DNA of 64,000 nt from positions 32,001-96,000 of the forward strand of contig CAWHFW010000002.1 of assembly GCA_963828735.1 (NCBI GenBank), given 5' to 3'. Origin of the DNA: an uncultured Gemmatimonadales bacterium. GTDB taxonomy: Bacteria > Gemmatimonadota > Gemmatimonadetes > Gemmatimonadales > GWC2-71-9. Below, one piece after another: positions 1 through 10,150 of the stretch (positions within the stretch are counted from its first letter, which is position 1; each line of letters begins with the position of its first letter). The notes beneath the pieces are model-generated. The model saw nothing but the letters and a program-made list of their open reading frames with translations, was not told where the DNA came from and made no database searches. A program made the position numbers and the translations under genes.

Positions 1-20
1 GAGACGCCGCACTCGCCGGG

Positions 21-1145
21 TCACGAGACGAGCGCCTGCCTCAGCGTGTCGGCGACGAAGGCCTGGTCGTCAGCGGAGAGCCGGGCGTGGAACGGAAGCG
101 CCAGGGTGCGCGCGCTCTTCGCCTCGGCCACTGGACAGAGCCCTTCGGCGAACCCGTGCCGCTCCCGCATGTAGCTCTGCAGGTGGATGCAGGGCAGGTA
201 GCGGGCCGTCCCGATCCCGTGGGCCTCGAGCGCACCGATCACCGCCTCACGGTCCGTCCCCTCCGGCAGCTCGACGACGTACACGAACCACGAGCGCTCG
301 TGATCGGCGTCGTCGGGGCACGGCAGCCCCAGCCCGGGGACGTCTGCGAGCAGCTCTGCGTATCGTTCCGCGACCGCCGAGCGGCCGGCCAGGATCCGGT
401 CGAGCTTCTCCAGCTGGCCCAGCCCGATCGCGGCCCGGATGTCGTCGATCCGGTAGTTGAACCCGAGCCGGGCGTGGTCGAGCCAGCCGCCGCCGTCGGC
501 CCGACCCTGGTTGCGAAGGCTCTTGAGGAGCTTCCAGGTGTCCTCCGACCACGTCGTCACGACCCCGCCCTCGCCCGTCGTGATCTGCTTGTTCGGGTAG
601 AACGCGAACACCGCATCCTGGCCCTGGGCGCCGAGGGGGCGCTGCTTGTAGCGCGCGCCGAGCGCCTCGCAGGAGTCGTCGATCAGCGCCAGGCCGTGGT
701 TGCGGGCGATCGTTTGCAATTCGTCCAACTCGCTCGGATAACCGAAGATGTCGACCGCGACGATCGCCTTCGTGCGCGATGTGACGGCCGCGTCGACTGC
801 GGCCGGGTCGAGGTTCAGCGTGAGCGGGTCGATGTCGGCGAAGACGGGGACGGCGCCTTCGTAGATCGCGCAGTTCGCCGATGCCACGAACGAGTACGGC
901 GACGTGATGACCTCGTCACCAGGCCCGATGCCCGCGATCACGCAGAGCAGGTGCAGCCCCGCCGTGCCGCTCGACACCGCGGCCGCGAAGGGCGCTCCGA
1001 CCGCCACCGCGGCCTCCTCCTCGAACCGGTCGATCCACGGGCCGAGCGAGAGACGCCCCGAGCGGAGCACCTCGATGACGAGCTCCTCCTCCCGCTCGTC
1101 CAGCCAGGGCGCTGAAAGGCCGATCGCGCGGCGTGCGACGCTCAC
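21..1145 (-). CDS. DegT/DnrJ/EryC1/StrS family PLP-dependent aminotransferase
   Basis: Motifs AVSSGTAGLHL, GDEVIT, DDSCEALG, FAFYPNKQITTGEGG (PLP lysine) and GFNYR. Confidence 0.93.
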   Translation of the reverse strand: MSVARRAIGLSAPWLDEREEELVIEVLRSGRLSLGPWIDRFEEEAAVAVGAPFAAAVSSGTAGLHLLCVIAGIGPGDEVITSPYSFVASANCAIYEGAVPVFADIDPLTLNLDPAAVDAAVTSRTKAIVAVDIFGYPSELDELQTIARNHGLALIDDSCEALGARYKQRPLGAQGQDAVFAFYPNKQITTGEGGVVTTWSEDTWKLLKSLRNQGRADGGGWLDHARLGFNYRIDDIRAAIGLGQLEKLDRILAGRSAVAERYAELLADVPGLGLPCPDDADHERSWFVYVVELPEGTDREAVIGALEAHGIGTARYLPCIHLQSYMRERHGFAEGLCPVAEAKSARTLALPFHARLSADDQAFVADTLRQALVS

Positions 1146-2068
1146 GCCTTCGCAGGCACGACGTCCACGACGTCGAGCCAGTGCGACCAGCGTTCGCCAC
1201 GGCCGTTGACGGTGTCGAGGTACGCCGTCTGGATCTCACGCGTGACGGGGCCGACCCCGAGCTCCTGGTCGTCGACCGCTCGCACCGGCGTCACCTCGGC
1301 AGCCGTCCCGGTCATGAAGAACTCATCCGCGAGGTAGAGATCCGAGCGGATCAGCGGAGCCTCCTCGACGACGTAGCCGAGATCCTGGGCGATCGTGATC
1401 ACCGCGTCGCGCGTGATGCCGGGGAGGATCGAGGTCGAGAGCGGCGGCGTCCTGATGACGCCGCCCTTGATCACGAAGATGTTCTCACCCGGGCCGTCGG
1501 CGACGTAGCCGTCGTCGGTCAGCAGGATCCCCTCGTCGTAGCCGGCGCGCCGCGCCTCGGTGGTCGCGAGCATCGAGTTGAGGTAGACGCCGCTCGCCTT
1601 CGAGGCGTGCGGGATCGTGTTCGGGCCGACGCGCCTCCACGACGAGACGCACGCGCTGATGCCGTTCGTGAGCGCGTCCTCGCCCAGGTACGCGCCCCAG
1701 GGCCAGCTCATGATCACGGTCTCGACGGGATTCCCCTGGGTCGCGACGCCCAGCTGCCCGTAGCCGTAGAACGCGATCGGCCTGATATACGACGCCGGCA
1801 GCCCGTTCGCGCGCACCAGGTCGTGCGTCGCCTCGCGGAGCTCCTCGACCGTGAACGGGAGCTCCATGTAGAGGAGCCGCGCGGAGTCGTGCAGGCGCTG
1901 CATGTGGTCGGCAAGACGGAAGACGGCGGGACCCTTGGGGGTCTCGTAGCAGCGAATGCCCTCGAAGACACCGGTGCCGTAGTGGAGCCCGTGGACGCCG
2001 ACGTGAACCTTCGCGTCGGCCCAGTCGATGAGCTCGCCGTTCATCCAGATCTTGTCGGTCTCGTCCAT
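1142..2068 (-). CDS. ilvE: Branched-chain amino acid aminotransferase
   Basis: MDETDKIWMNGE start; LHYGTGVFEGIR, YIRP, KASGVY, ILPGITR, GTAAEVTPV. The ORF-track 5' extension to 2347 is spurious. Confidence 0.95.
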   Translation of the reverse strand: MDETDKIWMNGELIDWADAKVHVGVHGLHYGTGVFEGIRCYETPKGPAVFRLADHMQRLHDSARLLYMELPFTVEELREATHDLVRANGLPASYIRPIAFYGYGQLGVATQGNPVETVIMSWPWGAYLGEDALTNGISACVSSWRRVGPNTIPHASKASGVYLNSMLATTEARRAGYDEGILLTDDGYVADGPGENIFVIKGGVIRTPPLSTSILPGITRDAVITIAQDLGYVVEEAPLIRSDLYLADEFFMTGTAAEVTPVRAVDDQELGVGPVTREIQTAYLDTVNGRGERWSHWLDVVDVVPAKA

Positions 2069-2126
2069 TACCGGCCTCCGTGGTCGGATCGTCGTCGAAT
2101 GGCCCAAGTCTATCCGTGCAGCCTCC

Positions 2127-2603
2127 CTACTCCTGGACGATGTCCTCCGGCGTCGCGTGCGTGAGCCGCACGAGCTCGAGCGGCGAGACCATCGCCATGT
2201 GGATCTCGGACCCGGCGCCGACCCAGACGACGGCGTTCGAGAGAATCGTCCGCTCGACGAGCACCGGCGCGCCGGGAGGAGGCGGGAATGGCGAGACCCC
2301 GCCGGGGTCGAATCCTGTCGCGGCTCGGACCTCCGGCGGGCGCGCAACGCGCGTCTCTGCGGCGCCGACGGCCGCCGCCACCTTCGCCGGGTCGGCCCGG
2401 CGGCTTCCCGGGACGAGCGCCAGCACCGGCCGTTCGTCGGCCATGAAGACGAGGGACTTCACGATCTGGTCGAGGTCGCACCCGATCGCCTCCGCCGCCC
2501 CGTGCGCCGTCGCCGCCGGAGTCGCGAACTCCTCCAGCCGGGACTCCGCTCCGCCGGCTCGGAGGAAGGCGGCGACGCGCTCGACCGGCTCGGGCCACGG
2601 CAT
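2127..2603 (-). CDS. YbaK/EbsC family aminoacyl-tRNA deacylase-like protein
   Basis: QIVKSLVF, TGFDPGGVSPF and GAGS motifs. Confidence 0.9.
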   Translation of the reverse strand: MPWPEPVERVAAFLRAGGAESRLEEFATPAATAHGAAEAIGCDLDQIVKSLVFMADERPVLALVPGSRRADPAKVAAAVGAAETRVARPPEVRAATGFDPGGVSPFPPPPGAPVLVERTILSNAVVWVGAGSEIHMAMVSPLELVRLTHATPEDIVQE

Positions 2604-2609
2604 CGAGCG

Positions 2610-2615
2610 ATTGTA
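2610..2615 (-). promoter_or_regulatory. Putative -10 element (TACAAT) of a leaderless transcript
   Basis: TACAAT lies 6 nt upstream of the ATG at 2603, with no SD sequence. Confidence 0.6.
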
Positions 2616-2695
2616 GGACAGCCCCGGCGCGCGTCAGTACAGAAGCGGGACGATGCGCCGGCGGACGGCCTCGCGACACGCGTCGTACCGGAGGA

Positions 2696-4273
2696 TCAGC
2701 CCAGCCCGATGAAGACCGCGTCGCCAAAGCCGACATTGTGCATCTCCCCGATCAGCTCTGTGGAGGGCGGCTCGTCGACGGAGAGCGCCATCAGCGCCTG
2801 CCGGCCGTCGCGCGTCCGCGACACGGCCATGTTCGCGATGTTGAATCCGCGCGCGCCGAACATCGTGCCGACCTTGCCGATCACGCCCGGGATGTCGTCG
2901 TAGCGGAAGAAGACCATGTCCGGCGCGAGCTCGATGTCGATCCCGAACCCGAACGCGCTCGCGAGGAAGAGGCGCCCCTCGGGGCCCATCGTCGTCCCCG
3001 AGACCTCCACCTCCGAGCCGCCTTCGGGCGTCACCCTGACCTCGACGACGTTCATGTAGTCGCGCGAGTCCCGCAGTCGCTCCTCGGTCACCGTGATCCC
3101 GCGCTCTTTCGCGAGCAGCGAGGCGTTGACGTAGTTCACCGTCTGGTCGACGCGGCCCTGGAAGATGCCGTCGAGCGCCGCGACCGTGAGAATGCGGGTG
3201 TCGTAGTCGGAGAGCGGCCCGTGCGCAGCCACCACGACGCGCGTCGGACGGGCGCCGGTGAGCTCGACGGCGAGCCGGCCGAGCTTGGCCGCGAGCGGGA
3301 TGAAGGGACCCAGCACCTCGAGCGAGGCCTTGTCGACGACAGGGATGTTCACCGCATTCGTGACGAGGCCCCCTTCGAGCGCCGCGGCAACCTGCTCCGC
3401 GATGATCACCCCGGCCCTGTCCTGCGCCTCGTCGGTCGACGCGGCGAGGTGCGGCGTCACGACGACGTCGTCGAGCTCGAGCAGCGGGCCCTCGTAGGGC
3501 TCGGTTGAGTAGACGTCGAGCGCGGCACCGGCGAGCTTGCCCGACCGGAGCGCCTCGACGAGGGCCTCCTCGTCGATCAAGGCGCCCCGGGCGGCGTTCA
3601 CGAGGCGGGCGCCGTCCTTCATCTTGGCGATCGTCGCCCCGTTGATCATCCCGCGCGTCTCGTCGGTGAGCGGGGAGTGGAGCGTGAGGAAGTCGGCGGC
3701 GCCGAGGACATCGTCCTCCGTCGCCGCGTGCTCGACGCCGAGGTCGCGGAAGCGATCGTCGGCGACGAACGGGTCGTACGCCACGACGGTCATCCCGAGG
3801 CCGATCGCCCGGCGGGCGACCTGCTGCCCGATCCGACCGAACCCGAGGACGCCGAGCGTCTTGCCTTCGAGCTCCACCCCACTCCAGCGCGACCGCTCCC
3901 ACCGGCCCTGCTTCAGCGCGGCATGGGCCTGTGGGATGTTGCGCGCGAGCGCGACCAGGAGGCCGACGGTTTGCTCGGCGGCGGAGACGACGGTCGACTC
4001 GGGAGCGTTGGCGACGACGATGCCGTGCCGCGTCGCCGCGTCGACGTCGACGTTGTCCACTCCGACACCGGCCCGGCCGATCACCTTCAGCCGCGTCGCC
4101 CGCTCGATCAGCTCCGCGGTGAGCTTCGTGGCCGAGCGGATCACGATCGCGTCGTAGCGGTCGATGATCTGCTCGAGCGGCGTGGTGCTGTCCTCGTCGA
4201 CGTCGAACCTCGAGCGCAGGAGCTCGACTCCCGCGTCGGCGATCGACTCCCGCACGAGCACCCGCGTGGTCAT
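2696..4273 (-). CDS. serA: D-3-phosphoglycerate dehydrogenase (long form, ASB and ACT domains)
   Basis: IRSATK, GRAGVGVDNVD, GFGRIG, VNAARG, TPHLAAST and C-terminal ACT (DIPGVIGKVG, NIANM). True start MTTRVLV at 4273. Confidence 0.95.
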   Translation of the reverse strand: MTTRVLVRESIADAGVELLRSRFDVDEDSTTPLEQIIDRYDAIVIRSATKLTAELIERATRLKVIGRAGVGVDNVDVDAATRHGIVVANAPESTVVSAAEQTVGLLVALARNIPQAHAALKQGRWERSRWSGVELEGKTLGVLGFGRIGQQVARRAIGLGMTVVAYDPFVADDRFRDLGVEHAATEDDVLGAADFLTLHSPLTDETRGMINGATIAKMKDGARLVNAARGALIDEEALVEALRSGKLAGAALDVYSTEPYEGPLLELDDVVVTPHLAASTDEAQDRAGVIIAEQVAAALEGGLVTNAVNIPVVDKASLEVLGPFIPLAAKLGRLAVELTGARPTRVVVAAHGPLSDYDTRILTVAALDGIFQGRVDQTVNYVNASLLAKERGITVTEERLRDSRDYMNVVEVRVTPEGGSEVEVSGTTMGPEGRLFLASAFGFGIDIELAPDMVFFRYDDIPGVIGKVGTMFGARGFNIANMAVSRTRDGRQALMALSVDEPPSTELIGEMHNVGFGDAVFIGLG

Positions 4274-5416
4274 CCGGCCGACTCGTAGGCGGCGAGGGCT
4301 GCGGCACCCGCCGCGCCCCGCTCCACCGTCGCGCCCATCTCGACGAGCTGGATCTCCACCGCTCCGAGCACGGTCACGATGTCGAAGACGTCGACGTAGC
4401 CGATGTGGCCGATCCGGAAGAGGCGGTCGACGATGTCGCCGTGGCCGCCGGCGATCGTGATCCCGTGCCGGTCGCGCAGGGCGAGGCGGAGCTCGACCGC
4501 GTCGATGCCGGCGGGCGTGAGGATCCCCGTCAGCACCGCGGCGCTGTCGTCGTCGGGCGAGTAGAGCTCGAGGCCCATCGCCTTCGCGCCCGCGCGGCAG
4601 GCGCGGCCGATGGCGACGTGCCGCGCGAAGACCTGCTCGAGACCCTTCCTCGAGGACGAGCCCGAGCGCCGTGTTGAGGGCGACGACCGTCGAGGTGGCG
4701 GGCGTCGTCGCCGTGCTGCCCTTCTCCTGCGCGGCCCGGGCGCGGGCCCAGTCCCAGTAGAACCGGGGCAACGCCGCCCGCGCCGACTTCTCCCAGGCGC
4801 GCGCGGAGATCGAGGCGAAGGCGAGGCCCGGGGGCGTCATGAGGGCCTTCTGCGACCCGGTCACGACGACGTCGATCCCCCACGCGTCCGTCTCGAGCGG
4901 CACGGCGCCGAGGCTCGAGATCGCGTCCACGACCGAGATGACGCCCGCCTCGTTGCACGCAGCGGCGAGAGCCTGGATGTCCGAGACGACGCCGGTCGAG
5001 GTCTCCGAGTGGACGATGTAGGCGACCTGCGCGCCGCTCTCGGCCAGGGCCTGCGCGACATCCTCGGCGCGCGGCGTCAGGCCCCAGTCGTACGTGAGCG
5101 GCACGACCTCGCAGCCGTACGCGGCGCCGAGCTTCTGCCAGCGCGTGCCGAACTCGCCGTGCGAGACGACGAGCGCCTTCTCACCGGGAGAGAGGAGGTT
5201 CGCGAACGCGGATTCGAATGCGCCCGTGCCGGACGACGTGAACAGGAGGATGTCGTTCTCGGTGCGAAAGACCTCCTGCAGCCGCGCGAGCACCTCGAGG
5301 AAGACGGTCCTGAAGTCGGGCGAGCGGTGGTGGATGACCGGCTCGGCGAGCGCGGCCAGCACCTCCGGCGGCACGGGCGTCGGTCCGGGCGTCAGGAGAT
5401 AGCGCTTCTGCGGCAT
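4270..5416 (-). CDS. Class V aminotransferase (alanine-glyoxylate/phosphoserine aminotransferase-like), frameshifted near 4644
   Basis: LLTPGPTPVP, HSETSTG, DAISS and GSQKALM. The C-terminus (FRIGHIG) is in another frame; one extra G in GAAGGGT. Confidence 0.88.
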
Positions 5417-5494
5417 CGACGAGAGCCTAGCGAGGGGTCTCGCGTCCTCCGGGCGGTACCCGGGCCCGCGGGCGGGGCAGTACCCTCTGCGGCG

Positions 5495-6167
5495 ATGGAA
5501 GCCCTGATCGCGTTCGCGGCGACGCTCGTGTCGCTCCGGCTCAGCGCCGATCTCGTGCGCAGGCACCGGGAGCGGCCGGCACCCGGCCTCCTCGCCTGGG
5601 CTGCGGCGCTCGCGGCCTTCGCTGCCGGCTCGGGGGCGATCGCCTGGGGCGCGGCGGCCGGCTGGAGCAACCCTGCCTTTCGCGTCTACTACCTCTGCGG
5701 CGGCCTTCTCGCCGCGGCGCTCCTAGGCGCAGGGTCGCTGTTGCGGACCGGGGCCCGCTGGGTCGCGCCGCTGACCATGGTCTACGTCGGTCTCGCGGTC
5801 GGGATCGCCCTGGCGGTGCCTCTCACCACCGCCGTGAGCGGCAACTCGATCCCCGAGGCCCAGGCCCACCTCGACCTCTATCCGGCGCGACTCCTCGCGA
5901 TCGCGGCGAACTCGGCCGGGACGCTCGCCGCTGTCGTCGGTTGCCGCGGCCGGCCTGCGACGGCGGCCGCTCGGGAACGCGCTGATCCTGGCGGGCGTGA
6001 CGGTCGCGGCCGCGGGCAGCGCGCTCGCCGGCCTCGGCGAGGCGGAGTCGTCGCTCTTCACGATCGCCGCGGTCTCCCTGCTCTACGCCGGCTTCGTCAC
6101 TCCTCCTCGCCGCGCATCGGAGCCTGTGCGGGACACTCGCCGCGGGCCCGCCGGCGCCTCTCCCTGA
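5495..6167 (+). CDS. Hypothetical multi-pass membrane protein, frameshifted near 5940
   Basis: MEALIAFAATL..., several hydrophobic helices. Removing one base near 5940 continues as VAAAGLRRRPLGNALILAG. 3' end uncertain. Confidence 0.65.
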
Positions 6168-6258
6168 GCCAGACCGCACCGAGCAGCGCGACCAGGGCGA
6201 TCCCGATCGCGAGCTCCGCGAGCAGGCCCGGCGTCCCCCCGTGCGCGAGCACCGTCAT
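6097..6258 (-). CDS. Small single-TM protein (53 aa), absent from the ORF track
   Basis: MTVLAHGGTPGLLAELAIGIALVALLGAVWLRERRR...; ATGA overlap with the upstream gene stop. Confidence 0.6.
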   Translation of the reverse strand: MTVLAHGGTPGLLAELAIGIALVALLGAVWLRERRRRARGECPAQAPMRGEEE

Positions 6259-7631
6259 CCACGCGAGAGCAGCCACAGCCCTCCGACCGTGTAGAGAACC
6301 ATCAGCGCCAGCATCGCGTACTGGCTCCGGAGGGCGTCGTGACGGTCCTCGAACATCGACACCGCCCGGTCGTGAGCCACCGCGAGCCCCGCCACATGCC
6401 CGAGCACGAGGGAGCCGACCTGGACGTACCAGATCGTGTTCGGCGTCAGCAGGGCGATATTCGGGATGACGCCCGCCGTCCCGAAGAGGTCCCAGCCCCG
6501 GCCGAGCGGGTCCGAGAGGAGGGGCGCCAGGTACTGGCCCTGGATGACGAAGAGCGAGAAGTAATGGGCGACGGAGTAGACGAGAGCGATCGGGACCAGT
6601 GAGAGCACGAACTCGGGCGCGAGTGAGCGCGGAGCCGCGACCATGGACCGCGCCACGGCGCAGGCGGCGAGGAAGGCGGCGAGAACGATCGCGATCGCCG
6701 CGGCCAGGCCGAGCAGGTTCACGCCCGTGACGAGCAGCTCGCCGGTGCCGGGTCGGTTGAGGACGTACGGGCCCTCGACGCGCGCGATGAGGTTCTGCCA
6801 GGCGGTTGTGCGGCTGTAGCCGTCGAAGCCGACCGAGCCGAGGGCGACGGCGAGGAACACCACCGAGCCGGGAACCCGCTCAGCACCTGCGAGGCCGCTC
6901 AGCGGCACCCGCAGCCGGATTCTGCCCTCGCGTGAGCAGAGCGGCGCGATTCGAGCGATGTACGCGAACAGCACGGCAAAGCCCTCGCCCCGGGTCGTCC
7001 ACACCTCGCGCCCGAACGCGAGCATGCCGAAGAGCGCGATGTACGAGTAGAGAGCGATCGCGAAAGCGAGGGCGCGCGGGCTCGCCGGGTTCGAGTAGGT
7101 GAGTTCGAGCGCGACGAATGCAAAGAGCGCCACCGCCCCCGGGTAGCGGCCGGCGCGCTCCGGATACGCGGCGAGCGGCCGGGCCTCGTTGCCGAGCTTC
7201 TCCCAGACCCAGACGAACAGGTCTGCGAGCGCGCGCCAGGGACTCAGTGCCCGCCAGACGTTGCCGAACAGGACCGAGAGGGCCGGGACCCCGAGCCAGA
7301 AGGCGACGTAGACGAACGTCGGAGCGAGGTTCTCGAAGGAGTCGGTCGTGCCGAAGAGCGCCGCGGCCTCGACCGCGACGAAGAGGACGATCGAGACTCC
7401 CTGCAGGACGATCCGCAGCGGCCCGAGCACGAGCGCCGAGAACGTGGCGCCGAGATCGCGGCCGCCGGCACGGCGCGCGAGCTGAGGCGTCTTCCAGAGT
7501 GCGCCGAGGAGGATGAAAGACACGACGAGCACGAAGGCGCCGCCCCAGTAGAAGAGCCAGCGCGGGACGGGGAGGTCCTGGACCCCCCCGATCCCGTGGG
7601 CCAGGACGCGCGGTAGCAGCGCGTGGATCAC
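6255..7631 (-). CDS. Conserved multi-pass membrane protein (FedB / 'fenitrothion hydrolase'-annotated family-like)
   Basis: About 11 TM segments; LAHGIGG N-terminus; SLVPIALVYSVAHY, SDPLGRGWDLFGT, GHVAGLAVAHDR. Confidence 0.7.
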   Translation of the reverse strand: MIHALLPRVLAHGIGGVQDLPVPRWLFYWGGAFVLVVSFILLGALWKTPQLARRAGGRDLGATFSALVLGPLRIVLQGVSIVLFVAVEAAALFGTTDSFENLAPTFVYVAFWLGVPALSVLFGNVWRALSPWRALADLFVWVWEKLGNEARPLAAYPERAGRYPGAVALFAFVALELTYSNPASPRALAFAIALYSYIALFGMLAFGREVWTTRGEGFAVLFAYIARIAPLCSREGRIRLRVPLSGLAGAERVPGSVVFLAVALGSVGFDGYSRTTAWQNLIARVEGPYVLNRPGTGELLVTGVNLLGLAAAIAIVLAAFLAACAVARSMVAAPRSLAPEFVLSLVPIALVYSVAHYFSLFVIQGQYLAPLLSDPLGRGWDLFGTAGVIPNIALLTPNTIWYVQVGSLVLGHVAGLAVAHDRAVSMFEDRHDALRSQYAMLALMVLYTVGGLWLLSRG

Positions 7632-7972
7632 CGCACTGTCAGCTGTGCCAGCTGGGCGTCCATCGGATGCAACTCGAGGGCGAATCGCCCCGGAACCCTG
7701 GCGACGAACTGGATCACCGTCGGAACGCCCTTCTTCACGTCCTTCTCGATGTTGTAGCCGTGGAGGTGGACCTGGGTGCCGACGTTCGTGCGGATGACGA
7801 GGCGAACGGTCTGGCCCTTCTTCACCGTCTGACGCTTGATGCCTCCGACGGGCTTCGCGTTGACGGCGGTGATCGAGATGACGACCGGCTTCGTCGCCGC
7901 CGGCCGGGCGACGGCCGCTCCTGGGACCGCGACCGCGACGAGCGCGATCGCAGTGACGAGTGCACTGCGCAT
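7628..7972 (-). CDS. Secreted cupredoxin-fold-like protein
   Basis: Signal peptide; VKKGQTVRL, VHLHGY and PGRFALELH pattern; SD GAAGGAG upstream. Confidence 0.65.
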   Translation of the reverse strand: MRSALVTAIALVAVAVPGAAVARPAATKPVVISITAVNAKPVGGIKRQTVKKGQTVRLVIRTNVGTQVHLHGYNIEKDVKKGVPTVIQFVARVPGRFALELHPMDAQLAQLTVR

Positions 7973-8022
7973 GGGAATGTCTCCTTCATCGACGTGGGCC
8001 CGCCATGGCGGGCAGGACGAGG

Positions 8023-8541
8023 TCAGGAGAGGAGTGGTGGACCGCGCCCGCGGCCTGCAGTGGCCCGCAGGGGGACGGCGGGCGCGGGGCCGGCGGCAAC
8101 GAGTGCGAGAGGCAGGCGGGCGAGCCGCGGGGCGCCGGCGCGGACAGGCGCGGCGATGTCCTCGGAGAGCCGCCGCGAGACGATCCAGACCGCGGCCGCA
8201 AGCGGGGCCTGCAGCACGACCCCGAGCCAGAGCACCGGACTCGTGAGCAGGAACGGAAGGTGGCCTGTGTGCACGAGGCGCTCGACGTGCTCCTGGGTCA
8301 CGAACGCGACCACGGCGAGCGCCGCGAGCGGCACCGGGGAGTGGCGGCGCGCGCGAGCATCGGCGGCGAGCCCGAGCAGGGCGACGGAGGCGAGGATCAG
8401 GACGAGCTGCGGCGCGTGCTCGAGGTAGCCGTGCACGTCCCCCATCGGGGTCCCAGTGACGCGATAGGCGATCGCGTGGCCGAGCAGGACGCTCGCCGCC
8501 GCGAAGGGCAACGTCACGAGCCAGGTCAGGAAACGCCGCAT
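8023..8541 (-). CDS. Hypothetical His-containing membrane protein
   Basis: MRRFLTWLVT...; about 4 TMs with GHAIAY, HGYLEH and QEHVERLVH; ends RGPP motif. Confidence 0.65.
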   Translation of the reverse strand: MRRFLTWLVTLPFAAASVLLGHAIAYRVTGTPMGDVHGYLEHAPQLVLILASVALLGLAADARARRHSPVPLAALAVVAFVTQEHVERLVHTGHLPFLLTSPVLWLGVVLQAPLAAAVWIVSRRLSEDIAAPVRAGAPRLARLPLALVAAGPAPAVPLRATAGRGRGPPLLS

Positions 8542-8569
8542 CCCGAGATGATGCCTGCTCGGGTGGGAT

Positions 8570-8744
8570 TCAGGCGAGCAGCTTCTCGCGCACGAGCTCG
8601 CTGACGCGCTGTTGTCGTCAGTGAGCTCGTCGCGTGCGCAGCACCGAGCTTCGCACGCACGAGCTCGCTGACAGCGCTGTTGGTCGTCAGTGAGCTCGTC
8701 GCGTGCGCTCAAGCACCGAGCTTCGCACGCACGAGCTCGCTGAC
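8570..8744. repeat. Tandem palindromic repeat (about 67-72 bp period) at the gatB 3' end
   Basis: CGCACGAGCTCGCTGAC at 8589, 8656 and 8728; inverted copies GTCGTCAGTGAGCTCGTCGCGTGCG at 8614 and 8683. Confidence 0.9.
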
Positions 8745-10119
8745 GACTCTCGGATTCGCGGTGCCGCCCGTTTCCTTCATCACCTGGCCGACGAAGAAGC
8801 CCAGAAGGCCGTCCTTGCCGCCCTTGAAGGCCGCCACCTGGCCGGGGTTCGCCGCGATGATCGCGTCGATGACCGGGTCGAGCTGCGACGCGTCGGAGAC
8901 CGCCTCCTGCGCGAGATACGGCGCGGCGGCGAAGCCCGGGTCGCCGGCCTTCGCGATCGCCTCGTCGAACACCTGGCGCGGGATGCGGTCCCGTGCGCCG
9001 ACGAGGGCCGCGAGCTCCTCCGGGGGCACGGCCTCCGGATCGACGCCGGCCCCCACGAGGTTGTTCGCGATCACGTTGGCGGCCGCGATGCGCTCGGCTC
9101 CGGCCGCGACGGTTTCCTCGTAGAGGCGGTCGAGGCCGCCCGTGACGAGCACGAGGGCGCGCTCGAGGTCGAGCTCGGCGCCCAGCCGGGCGATGCGCGC
9201 GGCCGGCGGGTCAGGCAGCTCGTTCCGCAGCCGCTCGACCATCTCCGCGGGAGGCTCCACGGGCACGAGATCGGGCTCCGGGAAGTAGCGGTAGTCGTCG
9301 GCCTCCTCCTTCGAGCGCCGCGGCGTCAGCGTCCCCGAGTCCGCGTCGAAGTCGAACGTCTCCTGCCTCACCTCGCCGCCCGATTCCCAGATCGCGATCT
9401 GCCGCGCGGCCTCGGCCTCGATCCCCCGCGCGACGTAGTTGAACGAGTTCATGTTCTTGATCTCGCAGCGGGTCCGGAGCTCGCCGGAGCCCGCCGGCCG
9501 CACCGAGACGTTGGCGTCGACACGCAGCGTGCCCTTCTCCATCTCTGCATCCGAGATGCCGAGCTCGACGACGGTCTGGCGCAGGAGCTGGAGGAAGCGC
9601 TTCGCCTCCTCGGCCGAGCGGATGTCGGGTGCCGTCACGATCTCGAGCAGCGGCGTGCCGCCGCGGTTGTAGTCGACCAGCGAGTAGTCCGCGCCGCCGA
9701 TGCGGCCGGAGTGCCCGCCCAGGTGCACGGTCTTCGCCGCGTCCTCCTCGAGGTGCGCGCGCACGATCCCGACCTCGAGCTCGCCCTCGGGCATCGGCAC
9801 TAGCATCTTGCCGTTCTCGCAAGATGGCATATCGTACTGCGAGATCTGATAGCCCTTCGGCAGAGTCGGGGTAGAAGTAGTTCTTCCGCGCGAAGACCGC
9901 ATGGGGCGCGATCTGGCAGCCGAGAGCCAGGCCGAGCTTGACCGTCCACTCGACCGCCCTCCGGTTGACGACCGGGAGTGCTCCGGGGAAGCCGAGGCAG
10001 ACGGGGCATGTCTGCGTGTTCTCGCCGGCCCCGAAGCCCGTTGCGCAGCGGCAGAACATCTTCGTCCGCGTCTTCAGCTGCACGTGGATCTCGAGCCCGA
10101 CAACGGTTTCCCAGGTCAT
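8709..10119 (-). CDS. gatB: Asp-tRNA(Asn)/Glu-tRNA(Gln) amidotransferase subunit B (copy 1), frameshifted near 9864
   Basis: [18 protein letters not shown], then +1 shift to [51 protein letters not shown]. Confidence 0.93.
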
Positions 10120-10150
10120 GGCAATGGCTCCACGGTCTCGCAGGCGCCGC

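Noticed and set aside
2696..5566. 956-aa aminotransferase-SerA fusion in the ORF track
   Set aside because: Produced by a +1 frameshift near 4644; the real aminotransferase C-terminus is in another frame and serA has its own ATG
8570..8744. Possible CRISPR array
   Set aside because: The sequences between repeats are near-identical, the repeat derives from gatB, and there are no cas genes
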